Part shown: positions 47,032-58,254 of the stretch, piece by piece | Position numbering within the stretch: position 1 is the first letter of the stretch | Layout: each line of letters begins with the position of its first letter | Assembly (NCBI GenBank): GCA_040285855.1 | Contig: JAUFOQ010000013.1 | Coordinates: 310,001-374,000 of the forward strand | DNA: 64,000 bases | DNA from: Eukaryota sp. GEM-RC1 | Lineage: Eukaryota | Direction of reading: 5' to 3' | Made by a program: the position numbers and the translations under genes | The notes under the pieces: generated by a model | Told to the model about the DNA's origin: nothing | Database searches by the model: none | The model's input: the letters and a program-made list of their open reading frames with translations, nothing else

Positions 47032-48690
47032 ATGTCTACAGACAACAATAATTATTGTGTCCCATGTGGTGCTGCGCCTTGTGACAGAGTGCCCCCGCAC
47101 TCACCAAGGTCCCAGGACCCCACAATGAGTCGTTTCTTCTCGGATGGTCCCGCCCTCCAAGGAACAACTACATCCCTTTTAGAAGGTTCCGCCCTTCAAA
47201 GTCCCTCCTCTGTTGAAGGTTCCGCCCTTCCAGTAACTTCCGAGGTTGCAGGTTCCGTCCCTACTCCTCAAACCCAGCAAACTCCCTCAGAAGGTTCCGT
47301 CCTTCAAAGGATTCCTGTGGTTGAAGGTTCCGCCCTTCCTTCCCAACCTCAAGAGGAAGTGATAACCATTCAAGAGGATAGCCCTCCAGAAGGTTCCACC
47401 CTTCAGAGCCCCTCCTCCACTGTCCAGATCAATTACCAGGATTTATCTCCTCCGAGAGATATGGTTCCTCCGAAAGACACTTCGTCTCCAACGAATCCTG
47501 CCTTCGAGAGGATTAGAGCTATGTTCAGCGGAGCACCAACTCCGAACAAGCCTTTTCCCACTCTCCAACTCTCCTCTTTTGCAACTCCCACGTCGCGACA
47601 AGAGGGGTTCAAGTTTGCAGCGGAACGAGATTTAGGTCTCCCTCCATCTAAGCCTTTGCCAAAGGCTAATAGCACCTCCAAAAGTGCCCCCATTAAAAAA
47701 TCTCAGAAGGGTTCCGTTCCCTCATCACTTCCTATAGTTGATGCCTCGTCTACTCCACGTGCCCAGGATTCCGTTCCTCATGTTGGTGAAACACCCATAG
47801 TTTCTCACGTCAATCCCGCCGCGGACCCTGACTTAGAAGATCTATGCGACTATGACGTAGCTGATGATGAAGAGTCTGGTCAGACGCCTGCCAAAGGCCC
47901 ATCTGACCATCCTCAACCTCCTCCGTCAAGGCCTGTCAGGGACAAGAGAGGGTTCCAACCCCAACCTATTATTCCCGTCCAAGGATTTTATCCTGTCAGG
48001 TCCACTAAGACGGGTTCCTCAGAGTTATTCCAGGCCCCTCCTGGACCTTTTCAACAAGGGTTATCAGAAGAGGAACTAAAACGAGTAGAACATCGTATGT
48101 TCCCATCAGATCGCCAAATGGTACATGATTTTCTTCATGGAGTCAAAGATAGAACGGACTACCTAAGAAACCGCTATCCTAGACCAGCTCAGGCAGCCAT
48201 AAGACTGATAAGGAGACAATTTAACGACGAAGTTATGCCGCTTGAAGGAACTTTCACCATCCTTGATGACCGAGGAAGACCCCATACTATCCTGATGGAC
48301 CCTAGTATACCGGAAACCATGATTCCTGTTAAAAAATGCTGGGAAAAGGTCCAGGAAGTATTGACAGGTCGAACTTTTGAAAAGTCGAATTCGGACAAAA
48401 GAATTCGCTCATCAGATCACATCTCCTCTCCGCTTCCCGAAGCCATCCAGAGCACCACAACCCCGACTGATGAAGTGGTTATCCAACCCACAGCATTGAA
48501 ATACCGAGCTCGAGTGGAATATGAAGAAGAACTCGCTCGTAGAGCAAATGCAAATCCGAAGTCTAAAGTGAAAGAAATTTCCGAATTTTATCAATCACCT
48601 TCCGATCAATCAAACCCACCAACTGATGTCCACCAGCTTGGTCTCTCTTTGAGTGACCTTAGCACGACATCAACCTCCCCCTTCAACTGA
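47032..48690 (+). CDS. retrotransposon ORF1, Pro/Ser-rich, unknown function
   Basis: 552-aa open frame whose ATG lies inside the 5' LTR; EGS(A/V/T)L repeats; no gag or pol motif. Confidence 0.8.
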   Translation: MSTDNNNYCVPCGAAPCDRVPPHSPRSQDPTMSRFFSDGPALQGTTTSLLEGSALQSPSSVEGSALPVTSEVAGSVPTPQTQQTPSEGSVLQRIPVVEGSALPSQPQEEVITIQEDSPPEGSTLQSPSSTVQINYQDLSPPRDMVPPKDTSSPTNPAFERIRAMFSGAPTPNKPFPTLQLSSFATPTSRQEGFKFAAERDLGLPPSKPLPKANSTSKSAPIKKSQKGSVPSSLPIVDASSTPRAQDSVPHVGETPIVSHVNPAADPDLEDLCDYDVADDEESGQTPAKGPSDHPQPPPSRPVRDKRGFQPQPIIPVQGFYPVRSTKTGSSELFQAPPGPFQQGLSEEELKRVEHRMFPSDRQMVHDFLHGVKDRTDYLRNRYPRPAQAAIRLIRRQFNDEVMPLEGTFTILDDRGRPHTILMDPSIPETMIPVKKCWEKVQEVLTGRTFEKSNSDKRIRSSDHISSPLPEAIQSTTTPTDEVVIQPTALKYRARVEYEEELARRANANPKSKVKEISEFYQSPSDQSNPPTDVHQLGLSLSDLSTTSTSPFN

Positions 48691-48731
48691 CCTCCTTCCC
48701 CCCCCTGGCTCCGTCAGCATCCAATTCGGTT

Positions 48732-51700
48732 GTGGAACAACGTTCCCCAATGTCCCATAGTGTTGTCACTTTCCAACAGAAAGTCCCCCTCGACTCTATG
48801 AAGAACTCCAAGCTTCAACCCAAGATGCTTTCGAGTTTGAAACCACACGACATCATTGAATTTGCTCAAGACTTCCTTCAATGGAGCGTGATGGACCCTA
48901 ACCACAAAACACCGGTAGGGGCTCCATTCGGATGGCCAAGACACTTTTTCGACTTCAGTCGAACTGCTGCAGCACACGCTGATCCTTCTTACATCCAACG
49001 CTTCGTAAAGTTCGACTTACAGACCCAGCTGTCTATGCAAAAGGAGTGGGATGGTAAGAACCCTCTCACCCTATGGTTAGCTCTCCTCAAGCGTACTCAG
49101 TTCCCAGACGAGACTACTGCTTTAAATGAGCTGAACAAGATCAAGATGAAGTGGTCCATCACAGACCCTGAAGAGCGATGGAGTGATTTCATATCACGGT
49201 TGCACCGCGTTCTACAAAGAACCCAGGCCATAAAGCCGAAGAATAAGCCAATGACTGCGTTACCAGACAAAGCCATTGTTAAAGCTATTCTGTCGAACAT
49301 AGGCATCGTATCCATCTGGATCGAATGTTGGCCCCTCTACCAAGACTCTCCAGATATCCAAGGATTAATCTCAGAAGTCAAAGAACGTTATGACACTTGG
49401 TGCGAGAGATGGAAATCTGCTCCAGCCAACGTGCAGAACGAACAACGAATTGCCGAGATAGCTCATCTTAGAGATACAGCTACTTGGGAAGACCTCCCCA
49501 AATCTTGGACTTCTCGTCCCCTCATCCCGGTCCAGTCTAGTGAACCCGGTAGATCTCGTAGATCGGCATCCAGCTCCAAGCCACCCTCGAAGAAGCCTCG
49601 ATCTGAAGAGAAAGACCCTGACGCCTGTAGATTTTGTGGCGAAAAGGGCCATTCCATCCTCCAATGTCCAGATCCCGAATGTAAACGTAGTGAGCTTCCT
49701 TTAGAACAACGTAATGCCAAGAGTTCCACCTCAAAACCATCTCGTAGTCATAGCAAGAAACACTCGTCCCATAAAAAATCTAAATATTTCAATGCAAATT
49801 CAGCACATATTAACAGCCTTGTAGATATAGCTGATAACATCACATCTAGTCAATCAAATCCCAGTTTGATTGAAACCAATCAATTCTTAAATCCATTGAG
49901 CAACATCAGTTCTGCCAATGGTAATACGAACTCACAAAGCCTGAATTCCATATTCAGCATAAGTAGTCAGAACCCACTCCCTCTTCTCAGCTGCAAACTG
50001 ATGATTAACGGAATTTCGGTTCAAGGTTTTTGGGACAGTGGAGCAACCATGTCCGTCATCACACAAGACCTGGCTACGAAGTGTAACATGACGCCCGTCA
50101 ACAAAAATGTTCGCTTCACATCTGCAAACAATGTTGAGTCCCGGTCCTTGGGTAGCGCCCAGGGCATCTTGACCTTCGACACCAGTAGTATCGCGTACCT
50201 AACACATGTGGATAAGACGTTACCAATAATACCAGGATCCAACAAACTATTATTAGGAATCGATCTGATGAAACAGTTAGGACTACTGACCGAAGACGGA
50301 CTAGTCATCCGGATTGACAAGGCCATCCTGGCCACCGTGAACGATGAGTCTGAGTTCGACTCACGTATTATACAACCTCCCAGTAGCCATTCTATTGATA
50401 ACATTGTAGACTTTAATAAACATGTATTCGATTCAGGTTGCACTATCAAACTAGATGATGAAAACAGAGCTGAGAGCTTATTGAGCCTGCTTCAGGAGTT
50501 TTCCTCAATATTCTCGACAGCTCCTCACAAAGATGGCATCGATTGTCCTCCCATGGCGATCGACTTCTACAATGAAGAGTCCACTGTGAGACGGAAACCT
50601 CGACGGCTCAATCCAATGAAACAACGGATTGCCGAAGAGATTTTTGATGAACTTGTCCGACAGGACTTTGCTGAGTTAACAACTCCCAACGGACAGTTCA
50701 GTTCACCGGTAGTACTGGTGGTCTATCCCGATCAACGTAAGCCCCGCCTTACGGGAGACTTCAGTGGTTCCGATGGAATCAACGCATTGACCCGAGTTGT
50801 CGAACCGAATCTTCCAAAGATCATCGACATCTTGGAATTCCTGAGCGAAGCTAACTTCATAGCGACCTTGGATCTTCCGAAAGCCTTCTGGCAATTGAAC
50901 CTCGCAGAAAAGGACAGAGACAAGACAACTCTAGTAATCCCTGGCAAAGCCATCCGATTTAAAAGAGCTTGTTTTGGACTCAAGAACGTCCCTGCGATAT
51001 TTCAAAATTTGATGTATGAAATATTCGACCATGAGGGCATATTCATTTACATCGATGACATCATCATAGTAGGCCGTACATTCGAAGAATTTATGAGCCG
51101 AATACGATTCGTTCTGACTAAAGCATTAACACGTAGAGTCAACCTTGGCCTACCCAAATGCAATTTTGTGACAAAGAAACACCCACTAAAGATCTTGGGC
51201 AGTAAGTTCGTTAACAATACACGCAGTATTGACCCGTCGCGTATCACAGCTCTCCTAGAGTTGCCCGTACCAACAACAATCAAAGAAGTTCGTAGCTTCG
51301 TGGGTTCGATTAACTACATAAAAGACTTTATTCCAGGTGCGTCAGATCTTCTGGCCCCAATCATAAACTTAGTCAAGAACAACGCTCGTTCAGTAAAATG
51401 GACACCTCTCCATCAATCTAATTTCGAGACAATCAGAAAGAAGATCATCAATCACATGCCTCTCAGTCTTCCAGACAGGGATCAACGCGTGCTGATCAGT
51501 GCAGACGCCAGTGATATCGCCGTAGGTGGTGTCATTTGGCAGGAAATACCTCCTAACGCACAAGATGGAACTCCATTGAACAACAGGAAAGTTATCCCAC
51601 TAGCTTTCTACAGCAAACTCCTAACGGAATCTCAACAAAACTGGGCAATAATTCAGAAAGAGTTGTATGCTATTGTTCTGATCCTAACGGAATCCCCCAT

Positions 51701-53579
51701 GTCATCATTCCTCCTAAGCAGGGATCTAACCATCTTTACAGATCATAGAAACCTAGCTTTCCTCATCTCAGCACCTGAGAAAAACAGAGTAGTCAAGCGT
51801 TGGATACCTATCCTAAGCGAATTCCAATTCTCAGTGATCCACACTGTTGGAGCAGACAACTACTGGGCAGACATGTTATCCCGAAACATTGAAACCTCTC
51901 AACCCGAAAACATAAACCTAGTCACATCTTGCCCCGAGCCGATGTTCTCTAGAGTCGATGGACTATGTCGTACTGATGACGATATGGAATATCAATCACT
52001 GACCTCCGAGTCAATCAACATGATTAGTGAACCATCAATTAGTGAACCATTAATCAACAAGTCAAAAATTTTTGACGCTTGGCTATCGAAAATACGCTCC
52101 ACACAAGTAGAAGCCAAGAACAACAACGACGTACTGTTTCAGCATCCCACTGCTGTATACAACGAAGAGCTCCAGCTATTCCTAAATAGCGATGGCAAGA
52201 TCCTCATCCCTATGAGTCTTCGGAAAACCACGATGAACCACATCCACGGTTTCCCTCACGCAGGCCACCCCAGCCTAAGAGTCAGCATTGATCGGCTAAA
52301 CTCTAGTGACTATTTCTGGCCTAAAATGGCCAAAGATATGAAGAAACACTGCATGCAATGTCCAGCTTGTCAAAAGACAGCTCCCCTTGCTAAACTCAAA
52401 ATCAAACCATCAGGTAACCTTTGGGCAGACAAACCATTTGCCAAAATGAATGCTGATACCATTGGACCTTTGCCGACAGACACCTCCGGGAACTGTCACC
52501 TTCTTGTATTCATAGACTCGTTTACCCGTTATACAGTCTTATGTCCCTTGAAGGAGCTCAATGCCCAAGAAACCGCTCATGCACTAGTGTGTAATGTATG
52601 TGCCATCTTTGGTATACCCCATCTGATTCATAGCGATAATGGCAAGGAGTTTGCCAACCATGTCTTTAATGGCGTGTGTCAGGCTTTCGATATCGATACG
52701 GAGAAATCCATCCCCAGTTTTTCGCAAAGCAACGGATTAGTGGAACGTCGCCACAGAGACATCCTGCAGTCATTAAGAAAGATGCTTATCGATTTTAATG
52801 ATTACGACAACTGGTCCAAGTACATTCCAATTGTACAACTATTAGTTAACACAACTAAGAGTAGAGTGACAGGTTTCACCCCATACCAGCTCATGTTTGG
52901 ATCAGCCACCAGCCCTGGTAGCGACCCTAGCAAGATCCTAGCTTGTCTCTCGCAGGAAAACCAATCAGAGGATTCCTTCCTGGCAGATTATCAATCTAAA
53001 ATTCAAAGAATTTTGAAAAACCGGGAAGAGGCAGAGATCAACCAATCTTCCACTCAACCCGTGATAACTGCCGAACCAACCTCGTCGTCCCTTTACTCGA
53101 GTGGAGACTTAGTCCTCAAGACTAACTCCAAAACTAAGAAGCTTCATGGCAAACTCGAAGGTCCATTCCTGGTCATCGACACGCCCACCGCAAGCTCTCT
53201 TACCTTACAGAACATTATCACTGGACATCAGTTCAAATCTAGTGTTCACCAATGTAAGAAATACCTCACTGACAAACCCTCGTCTGATGAGTTCCACAAA
53301 GCAGTCGCATCCTGTGACTCTGAGGAAATGATCGTGATTAAGGTGCTATCCCAATCCGACTCACCCTCCGGACCTGTTTGTTCAGTCGTCTGGTTCGATG
53401 GTGACACCACCGAGGTACCTTTGGATCAAATAAAGAATACGAAAGCCTATTCTGAGTTTATTAAATCTAATCCCTCATATAAGCCGTCTACTAGAAAGAA
53501 ACGAAGTGTTCAGGGTAGTACCAGCCGTGCCTCTCCACCTGCCAAGAGGACCAGGTCCTCGAGAAAGGGGAAAAAGTAG
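48732..53579 (+). CDS. gag-pol polyprotein: capsid, CCHC knuckle, protease, RT, RNase H, integrase, chromodomain-like tail
   Basis: CRFCGEKGHSILQC; WDSGA; LDLPKAFWQ, FGLKN, YIDD; ADASD, ELYA, TDH; HxxxxxxH...CPAC, ADTIGP, SDNG, VERRH; VVWFDGDTTEVP. Frame open from 48663; first ATG at 48750. Confidence 0.95.
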   Translation: MEQRSPMSHSVVTFQQKVPLDSMKNSKLQPKMLSSLKPHDIIEFAQDFLQWSVMDPNHKTPVGAPFGWPRHFFDFSRTAAAHADPSYIQRFVKFDLQTQLSMQKEWDGKNPLTLWLALLKRTQFPDETTALNELNKIKMKWSITDPEERWSDFISRLHRVLQRTQAIKPKNKPMTALPDKAIVKAILSNIGIVSIWIECWPLYQDSPDIQGLISEVKERYDTWCERWKSAPANVQNEQRIAEIAHLRDTATWEDLPKSWTSRPLIPVQSSEPGRSRRSASSSKPPSKKPRSEEKDPDACRFCGEKGHSILQCPDPECKRSELPLEQRNAKSSTSKPSRSHSKKHSSHKKSKYFNANSAHINSLVDIADNITSSQSNPSLIETNQFLNPLSNISSANGNTNSQSLNSIFSISSQNPLPLLSCKLMINGISVQGFWDSGATMSVITQDLATKCNMTPVNKNVRFTSANNVESRSLGSAQGILTFDTSSIAYLTHVDKTLPIIPGSNKLLLGIDLMKQLGLLTEDGLVIRIDKAILATVNDESEFDSRIIQPPSSHSIDNIVDFNKHVFDSGCTIKLDDENRAESLLSLLQEFSSIFSTAPHKDGIDCPPMAIDFYNEESTVRRKPRRLNPMKQRIAEEIFDELVRQDFAELTTPNGQFSSPVVLVVYPDQRKPRLTGDFSGSDGINALTRVVEPNLPKIIDILEFLSEANFIATLDLPKAFWQLNLAEKDRDKTTLVIPGKAIRFKRACFGLKNVPAIFQNLMYEIFDHEGIFIYIDDIIIVGRTFEEFMSRIRFVLTKALTRRVNLGLPKCNFVTKKHPLKILGSKFVNNTRSIDPSRITALLELPVPTTIKEVRSFVGSINYIKDFIPGASDLLAPIINLVKNNARSVKWTPLHQSNFETIRKKIINHMPLSLPDRDQRVLISADASDIAVGGVIWQEIPPNAQDGTPLNNRKVIPLAFYSKLLTESQQNWAIIQKELYAIVLILTESPMSSFLLSRDLTIFTDHRNLAFLISAPEKNRVVKRWIPILSEFQFSVIHTVGADNYWADMLSRNIETSQPENINLVTSCPEPMFSRVDGLCRTDDDMEYQSLTSESINMISEPSISEPLINKSKIFDAWLSKIRSTQVEAKNNNDVLFQHPTAVYNEELQLFLNSDGKILIPMSLRKTTMNHIHGFPHAGHPSLRVSIDRLNSSDYFWPKMAKDMKKHCMQCPACQKTAPLAKLKIKPSGNLWADKPFAKMNADTIGPLPTDTSGNCHLLVFIDSFTRYTVLCPLKELNAQETAHALVCNVCAIFGIPHLIHSDNGKEFANHVFNGVCQAFDIDTEKSIPSFSQSNGLVERRHRDILQSLRKMLIDFNDYDNWSKYIPIVQLLVNTTKSRVTGFTPYQLMFGSATSPGSDPSKILACLSQENQSEDSFLADYQSKIQRILKNREEAEINQSSTQPVITAEPTSSSLYSSGDLVLKTNSKTKKLHGKLEGPFLVIDTPTASSLTLQNIITGHQFKSSVHQCKKYLTDKPSSDEFHKAVASCDSEEMIVIKVLSQSDSPSGPVCSVVWFDGDTTEVPLDQIKNTKAYSEFIKSNPSYKPSTRKKRSVQGSTSRASPPAKRTRSSRKGKK

Positions 53580-54272
53580 TGTTAGTACTGGTACAGTACC
53601 CTTAAAATAAATTTACTTTACCTTCTCCCATGTCTACAGACAACACTTGGAATAATACAATACACATTTTTCTTACATTTTTGATATACAATGTCTTTCG
53701 GGAAAAGAACCTCAATAAAACCTGAAGCAGAACCCCAACCTGAACCCCGCCCCGCTTCTTCAACGAAGTATATCGTGTTGAACTACTTCTCGAAAATTGG
53801 TTTTGTCAAAAGGCAAAATTCTTTGAATGTCTCTCTAAAATTAACAATTAAAATCGACCAAAACTACTAGGTATCGTGCAGAAAAACTAATCGGACCAGA
53901 CAAAGATCCATTGGAGTGGTGGTGCTCATCTAGAAATCGTTTTCCATGGGCTTTCCAAAATTGCAATGCACTTGCTTGCAATTCAAGCTACAACTTCTTC
54001 TTAGAAACAACTATTTTCTTTTGCTGGATGTACTGTGACCAAATTACGTAATCAATTAAGCTATGATAGTGTACATGCCTTGATGACTCTGTGTTTTTTC
54101 CATATAACAACATTAGATGATAACTGATCTATTGTGAATGCGTAAATAACTAAATTAAGATACATAAAATATGTTCAAAAATAACGAAATACACACAACT
54201 AGTACTTAACAGATATTTAATGATCCACATCTACTCTTGAACTACCACGATACAATTTGTCCAGAATACGAT

Positions 54273-54600
54273 TCAAATACTTTGAGAAACTTCTATATGG
54301 AAAAACAAAACAATGCGATTGCGCCAAAGAGACTGATAAAAATTTTTCCTATGGTCACGGCTCAACTTTGAAAAGGCATCAAAGAAATTTTCAGCAGCAA
54401 TTCCAATATTACCACGAACTGAAATAGCAAAAGGAATGAACTTAAAAGAAGAATGCAAATTGGAATTTAGTTTGATCATTGTGCCAGAATATGTACTAAT
54501 CTTTCTTTTTTCAGCTTTGGATAAATGATTTTCAGTATCACTCGAAACTGGAGTCAAATGTACTTTAGTACATGGATCAACAGTCAATAAAAGCTATCAC
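54273..54600 (-). mobile_element. 3' fragment of an RLE-type non-LTR element (restriction-like endonuclease domain)
   Basis: TVDP...LSKAEKRKISTY...FIPFAISVRGNIG...LWRNRI matches the AE..K..KY / F.P....G..G pattern of CRE/R2 endonucleases. Confidence 0.65.
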
Positions 54601-57099
54601 AGCTTGACAAGAATCAAGATAAGGAACAGTGAGTGAGATCACCTTGTCGAGAATTGGTAATATTATCATCACTGTAATGCTTAAGAAGAGGATCGATTTT
54701 CCAATTCAACCCATGACATTTAAACATTTCATACGTAACGTCCAGTATACATATATATTAATAAAAATGAGTTTTCAAACACTTTTGTTCGTAGGTACTT
54801 TTAGGATGTGATTCAGGTAACATATATTCTGAAGTCATCATGGTTCTGGTTTGGTCCTGGTTTTTGCAGTTGGAACCAAACCAGAACCAAAACCATGATG
54901 GTTCCGTATTCTGAAACCAAACCAATTCACTGGTTCAACCTGAACCATTGGTTTTTCTGCCATACCTAGTCTCAATCTAGTTCTTTGTGAAAAAAAATAA
55001 GTCCTCAAACTCCCAAAGGCACTCCAATTCCGACAACCGAAGTTGTCTACTGTGAGGGGCCAACCGCTTATCCTATTAGTTAAACAATCATAGCTCTTAT
55101 TCTTATGAAGGCTTGATTTGTTTGAAATAAACTACATTGTACATCATCGATTATTTTCTTATTTCTTTCAATCTTCATTCACAGTATTTTTGACTATTAT
55201 TGTTGTCTGTGACCAAACATCTCATTTGCAAGCTGGGCTCACCAAACAATCAGCCTTTGATAGCGGAGTTTGTGTTACTTTTCATCTTCATTTTTTGTAA
55301 CATTAATAAAATTAGTAATGAATTAACCAAAAAATGATACACATTCAAAAATCTGACTATAATGATCTGTTGATGTCTTTTGCTTAATCACCTAAAAACT
55401 TTGAACCTTCATTGTTATAAATCTACCTTAATATACACCAACGTTCAATATTAACAGGGATTACATAAAATTATGAAAATTTCTATAACAAAAAAGTACA
55501 TCATGGACCTGGTTTTTCTTTAGATTACATTGAAACACGGTGTTACCACAATTGTGTAAATCGTAAGTGTAACAAAAGACTGTATGTTTTCATCTTCAAC
55601 AGCGAGTGTTTTTTACTGGTTTTATTCATGGTTGAGCTCCATTAGTCAACTCCAGGACGTGTAACAACTTCACGTAAGGTATGAGTCACACTCAATCAAT
55701 AGAATGGCACAAAAAGGGAGAAAAATTACTACTATTTGTGTTTAGTGATCATACCATAGGAATTGTGAATTTCAAATGTGTTTCTGATATAAACCAAATT
55801 TTCCAGTAAATGATGCAAGGGTACAATCTCTTATAGATTACTTTTATCTTGACTAACGCTTCTTGTGCTCAAGTGTATCTCAGTGACAACATTTGAACAC
55901 ATAGCAAAGACAAATTTAGTATGATTAACACACAGAATCACAACAAACGGTATTTCAAATTAATGTAAAACGAACTCTGGTGGTTTTATTGCTGCGCCAA
56001 ACTATCAGTAAAAAATATTCAGCAATCTAGTGATGCTGAGACAGTTCTACATTCACTGTGATCGATCAAGAATAGTTTGGGGGACTTTTTGAAGTAGTCA
56101 AAGAACACTTTTGAGATGGGTCAATGAAAATATTCTGTTTCAAAACATCTTAATCAGGACACGCCTAGTATCGTTTAGGGGTGTCCATATTCTCTGTTTT
56201 CCTTGGGGTCACTCTATACTTAAGAGTGACGACTTTACGTTTTAATAGAGGATCAAAGTACCGCACAATGACAGGAATATACTGGTTCCGCAACCAATTA
56301 GCGCCAAACTTTCTCGATAATCATTGTGAGTGGTGATGTCCATTTGTAAAGTCAATGATCTAGCATATGAAAGTTTAGTTGACAACTGAAGCATTGAGTT
56401 GCGATCTTCTTGGGAAGACCCTTCCCTCGGTTCAGTCTTTTTATGTCCAATTCGGTTTATGTCCAAAATTTTCCTGTCCGACGATTGTCGATCGATCGTT
56501 CATCGACCGACCTCATGTTTATTGACATATGCAATAAACACGCTTACATTCTATAATCTTTGGCTTCACATTTGGAGCTGAACACTAACCTTTCTTCTCT
56601 TCACACACTTTCCTTCTGATCTAATAATAATAAAATCTTATAAAATGGAAGGGATAAATTGATGATAGTCAAGTAAATGATGAATATTTGAAGCAGTTCA
56701 ATGATCACAAAGACGGATTGTTTGGAAAAGAACGGCTTAACACCAATTATTCAAAGTTAGTAAAGCGCCCTATACAAGTAGAAATCCAACATCAAACATC
56801 TCTAATCATAGTTCTAAATCAAAGCGTTCTCGTTTTTTTTAGACTGAATGACCGTGGTAATAACCAATCAAATTACAGACATTCTTCATCTGGAGAAACT
56901 CAACGTGTCAGAGATGTTGAAGATATTCGTACATGTACCGTCAAAAACAATCCTCACCATTGGTGCATATTACAAAAAATAGAATATGATGTGCATAATG
57001 TGGTGTATTTACCCATAGTCTTAGGTTAATCGTCTTAATTTTGAAAATCATCTCATTTTCATTGTAATCCAGTAAGTATACTATAGTACTTCTGTAGTA

Positions 57100-57162
57100 C
57101 AGTCAGCCCTGGATACAGTGCGCTCATTTTGGTACACACTATATCCAGAAGCGCACTATATA
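57100..57162 (+). mobile_element. solitary pogo/Tc1-like terminal sequence
   Basis: TA|CAGTCAGCCCTGGATACAGTGCGC...GCGCACTATAT internal inverted motif; no partner end found. Confidence 0.35.
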
Positions 57163-58185
57163 GAGTAAAATGCTTGTGCACGATGATGGTTGTATCTATG
57201 GTCTTTATTGTTCATAAACTAGGTTCTCAATACGTTTGTCTAGAAGACAAGCAAGGTCACTGTTCTGGAACAGCTGAAGACCGGGAGTAGTGCTCGTGTA
57301 ATTTTATGAGGGTGGATTGAGGTGAATATGTGTGTATCCGGATTCCTGGCCAATTAACTCAGAAGCACTTAGTTCTCTTCCAATTCCACATGAAGAAAAC
57401 AGAGTGAAGTTGAGAAAAGGTTCGATGGGTCACAGAGCCTCACAAGCATAGTTTTCAAATAACTTACAACAGGAAGTGGTGTGTACAAAGTTCTGCAGGA
57501 CCTCAAACACAATATAAGCCCACCATTCGTTGAGGCAGTGGTGGATTCTCACTATCAGCAAAATAGACACCCAATGCATTGTTAATGTTAAATGTTCCTT
57601 CTATATCAATAGAGAGAGGATATGTCAAAGAGAAAACTGAGATGCTCTCAGGGAAGATTATAAGTTGTCACACACAAAAAGTAACGTCCAGGGAGATCAC
57701 GGAAGCAACTATTGATGTAGTCTCATATTGAGAATGGATAATGTCATTAAGTATATTGATGAATGTATTGAGAATTTCTAAGTCAAGTTGTTCGACTTGA
57801 CTTGGAAATTGTTGGCACCTGTTTTTACGAACTTTTAAAGAACTTAGGTAGTAGGTCACAGCGATCATCTAGTGTAACTTATTAACTATTAAAAAATGGT
57901 CTGAATCTAGTTGAAAAAACAGGGACGTAACAACTTTAATCGTAATGAAAATGTGTAACGCAAAATGATGATGCTCCACTTCACTGACTTTGTTAAAGGA
58001 CTGGTTGGGCAAGGGCTAGGATATCTTAGAAGCTTGTAGTGATGACGGTAATGAAGTAATTGCTGTTGAGGATGCTGAAGTTTCATCTGCAATTTTGGTC
58101 TTGTAGTGCGTGTATGTACCTTTATAAATTGATTTTTATCAGGATGCATTGGTTGACGATGCATCTTTATCCCTAAGTCATTTCT

Positions 58186-58254
58186 CAAGTCAAGTCATTA
58201 TGCTCAAGTCGATTTGGTATGATTTGACTTGACTTGAATCATTGGACAACCCTG
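58186..58254. mobile_element. orphan right end of a hAT-type MITE
   Basis: TCAAGTCAAGTCA...TGACTTGACTTGA inverted motif followed by GGACAACCCTG; no partner end seen. Confidence 0.35.

Larger units (their letters stand above)
46982..53645 (+). mobile_element. intact Ty3/gypsy LTR retrotransposon (chromovirus-like), 6.66 kb
   Basis: Identical 66-bp LTRs TGTT...AACA (46982-47047, 53580-53645); 4-bp TSD CTTG; PPT GAGAAAGGGGAAAAAG just before the 3' LTR; domain order PR-RT-RH-IN. Confidence 0.97.
46821..54968 (+). mobile_element. decayed hAT element hosting the gypsy insertion and a non-LTR fragment
   Basis: AACCAAACC/GGTTTGGTT subterminal arrays at 46821-46940 and 54840-54955; right end ...GCCATACCTA; hAT dimerisation domain DPLEWW..R.RFP...LLAIQATTSS..LFSFAG...LRNQLS at ~53880-54095; no left TIR found. 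Confidence 0.7.

Noticed and set aside
48655..48665. CTT-AGC resembling the Ty1 +1 frameshift site
   Set aside because: ORF2 is in the -1 frame relative to ORF1, so a +1 shift would not reach it
47433..51283. Multiple antisense ORFs within the gypsy element
   Set aside because: Shadow frames of the long, GC-richer coding strand; no motifs
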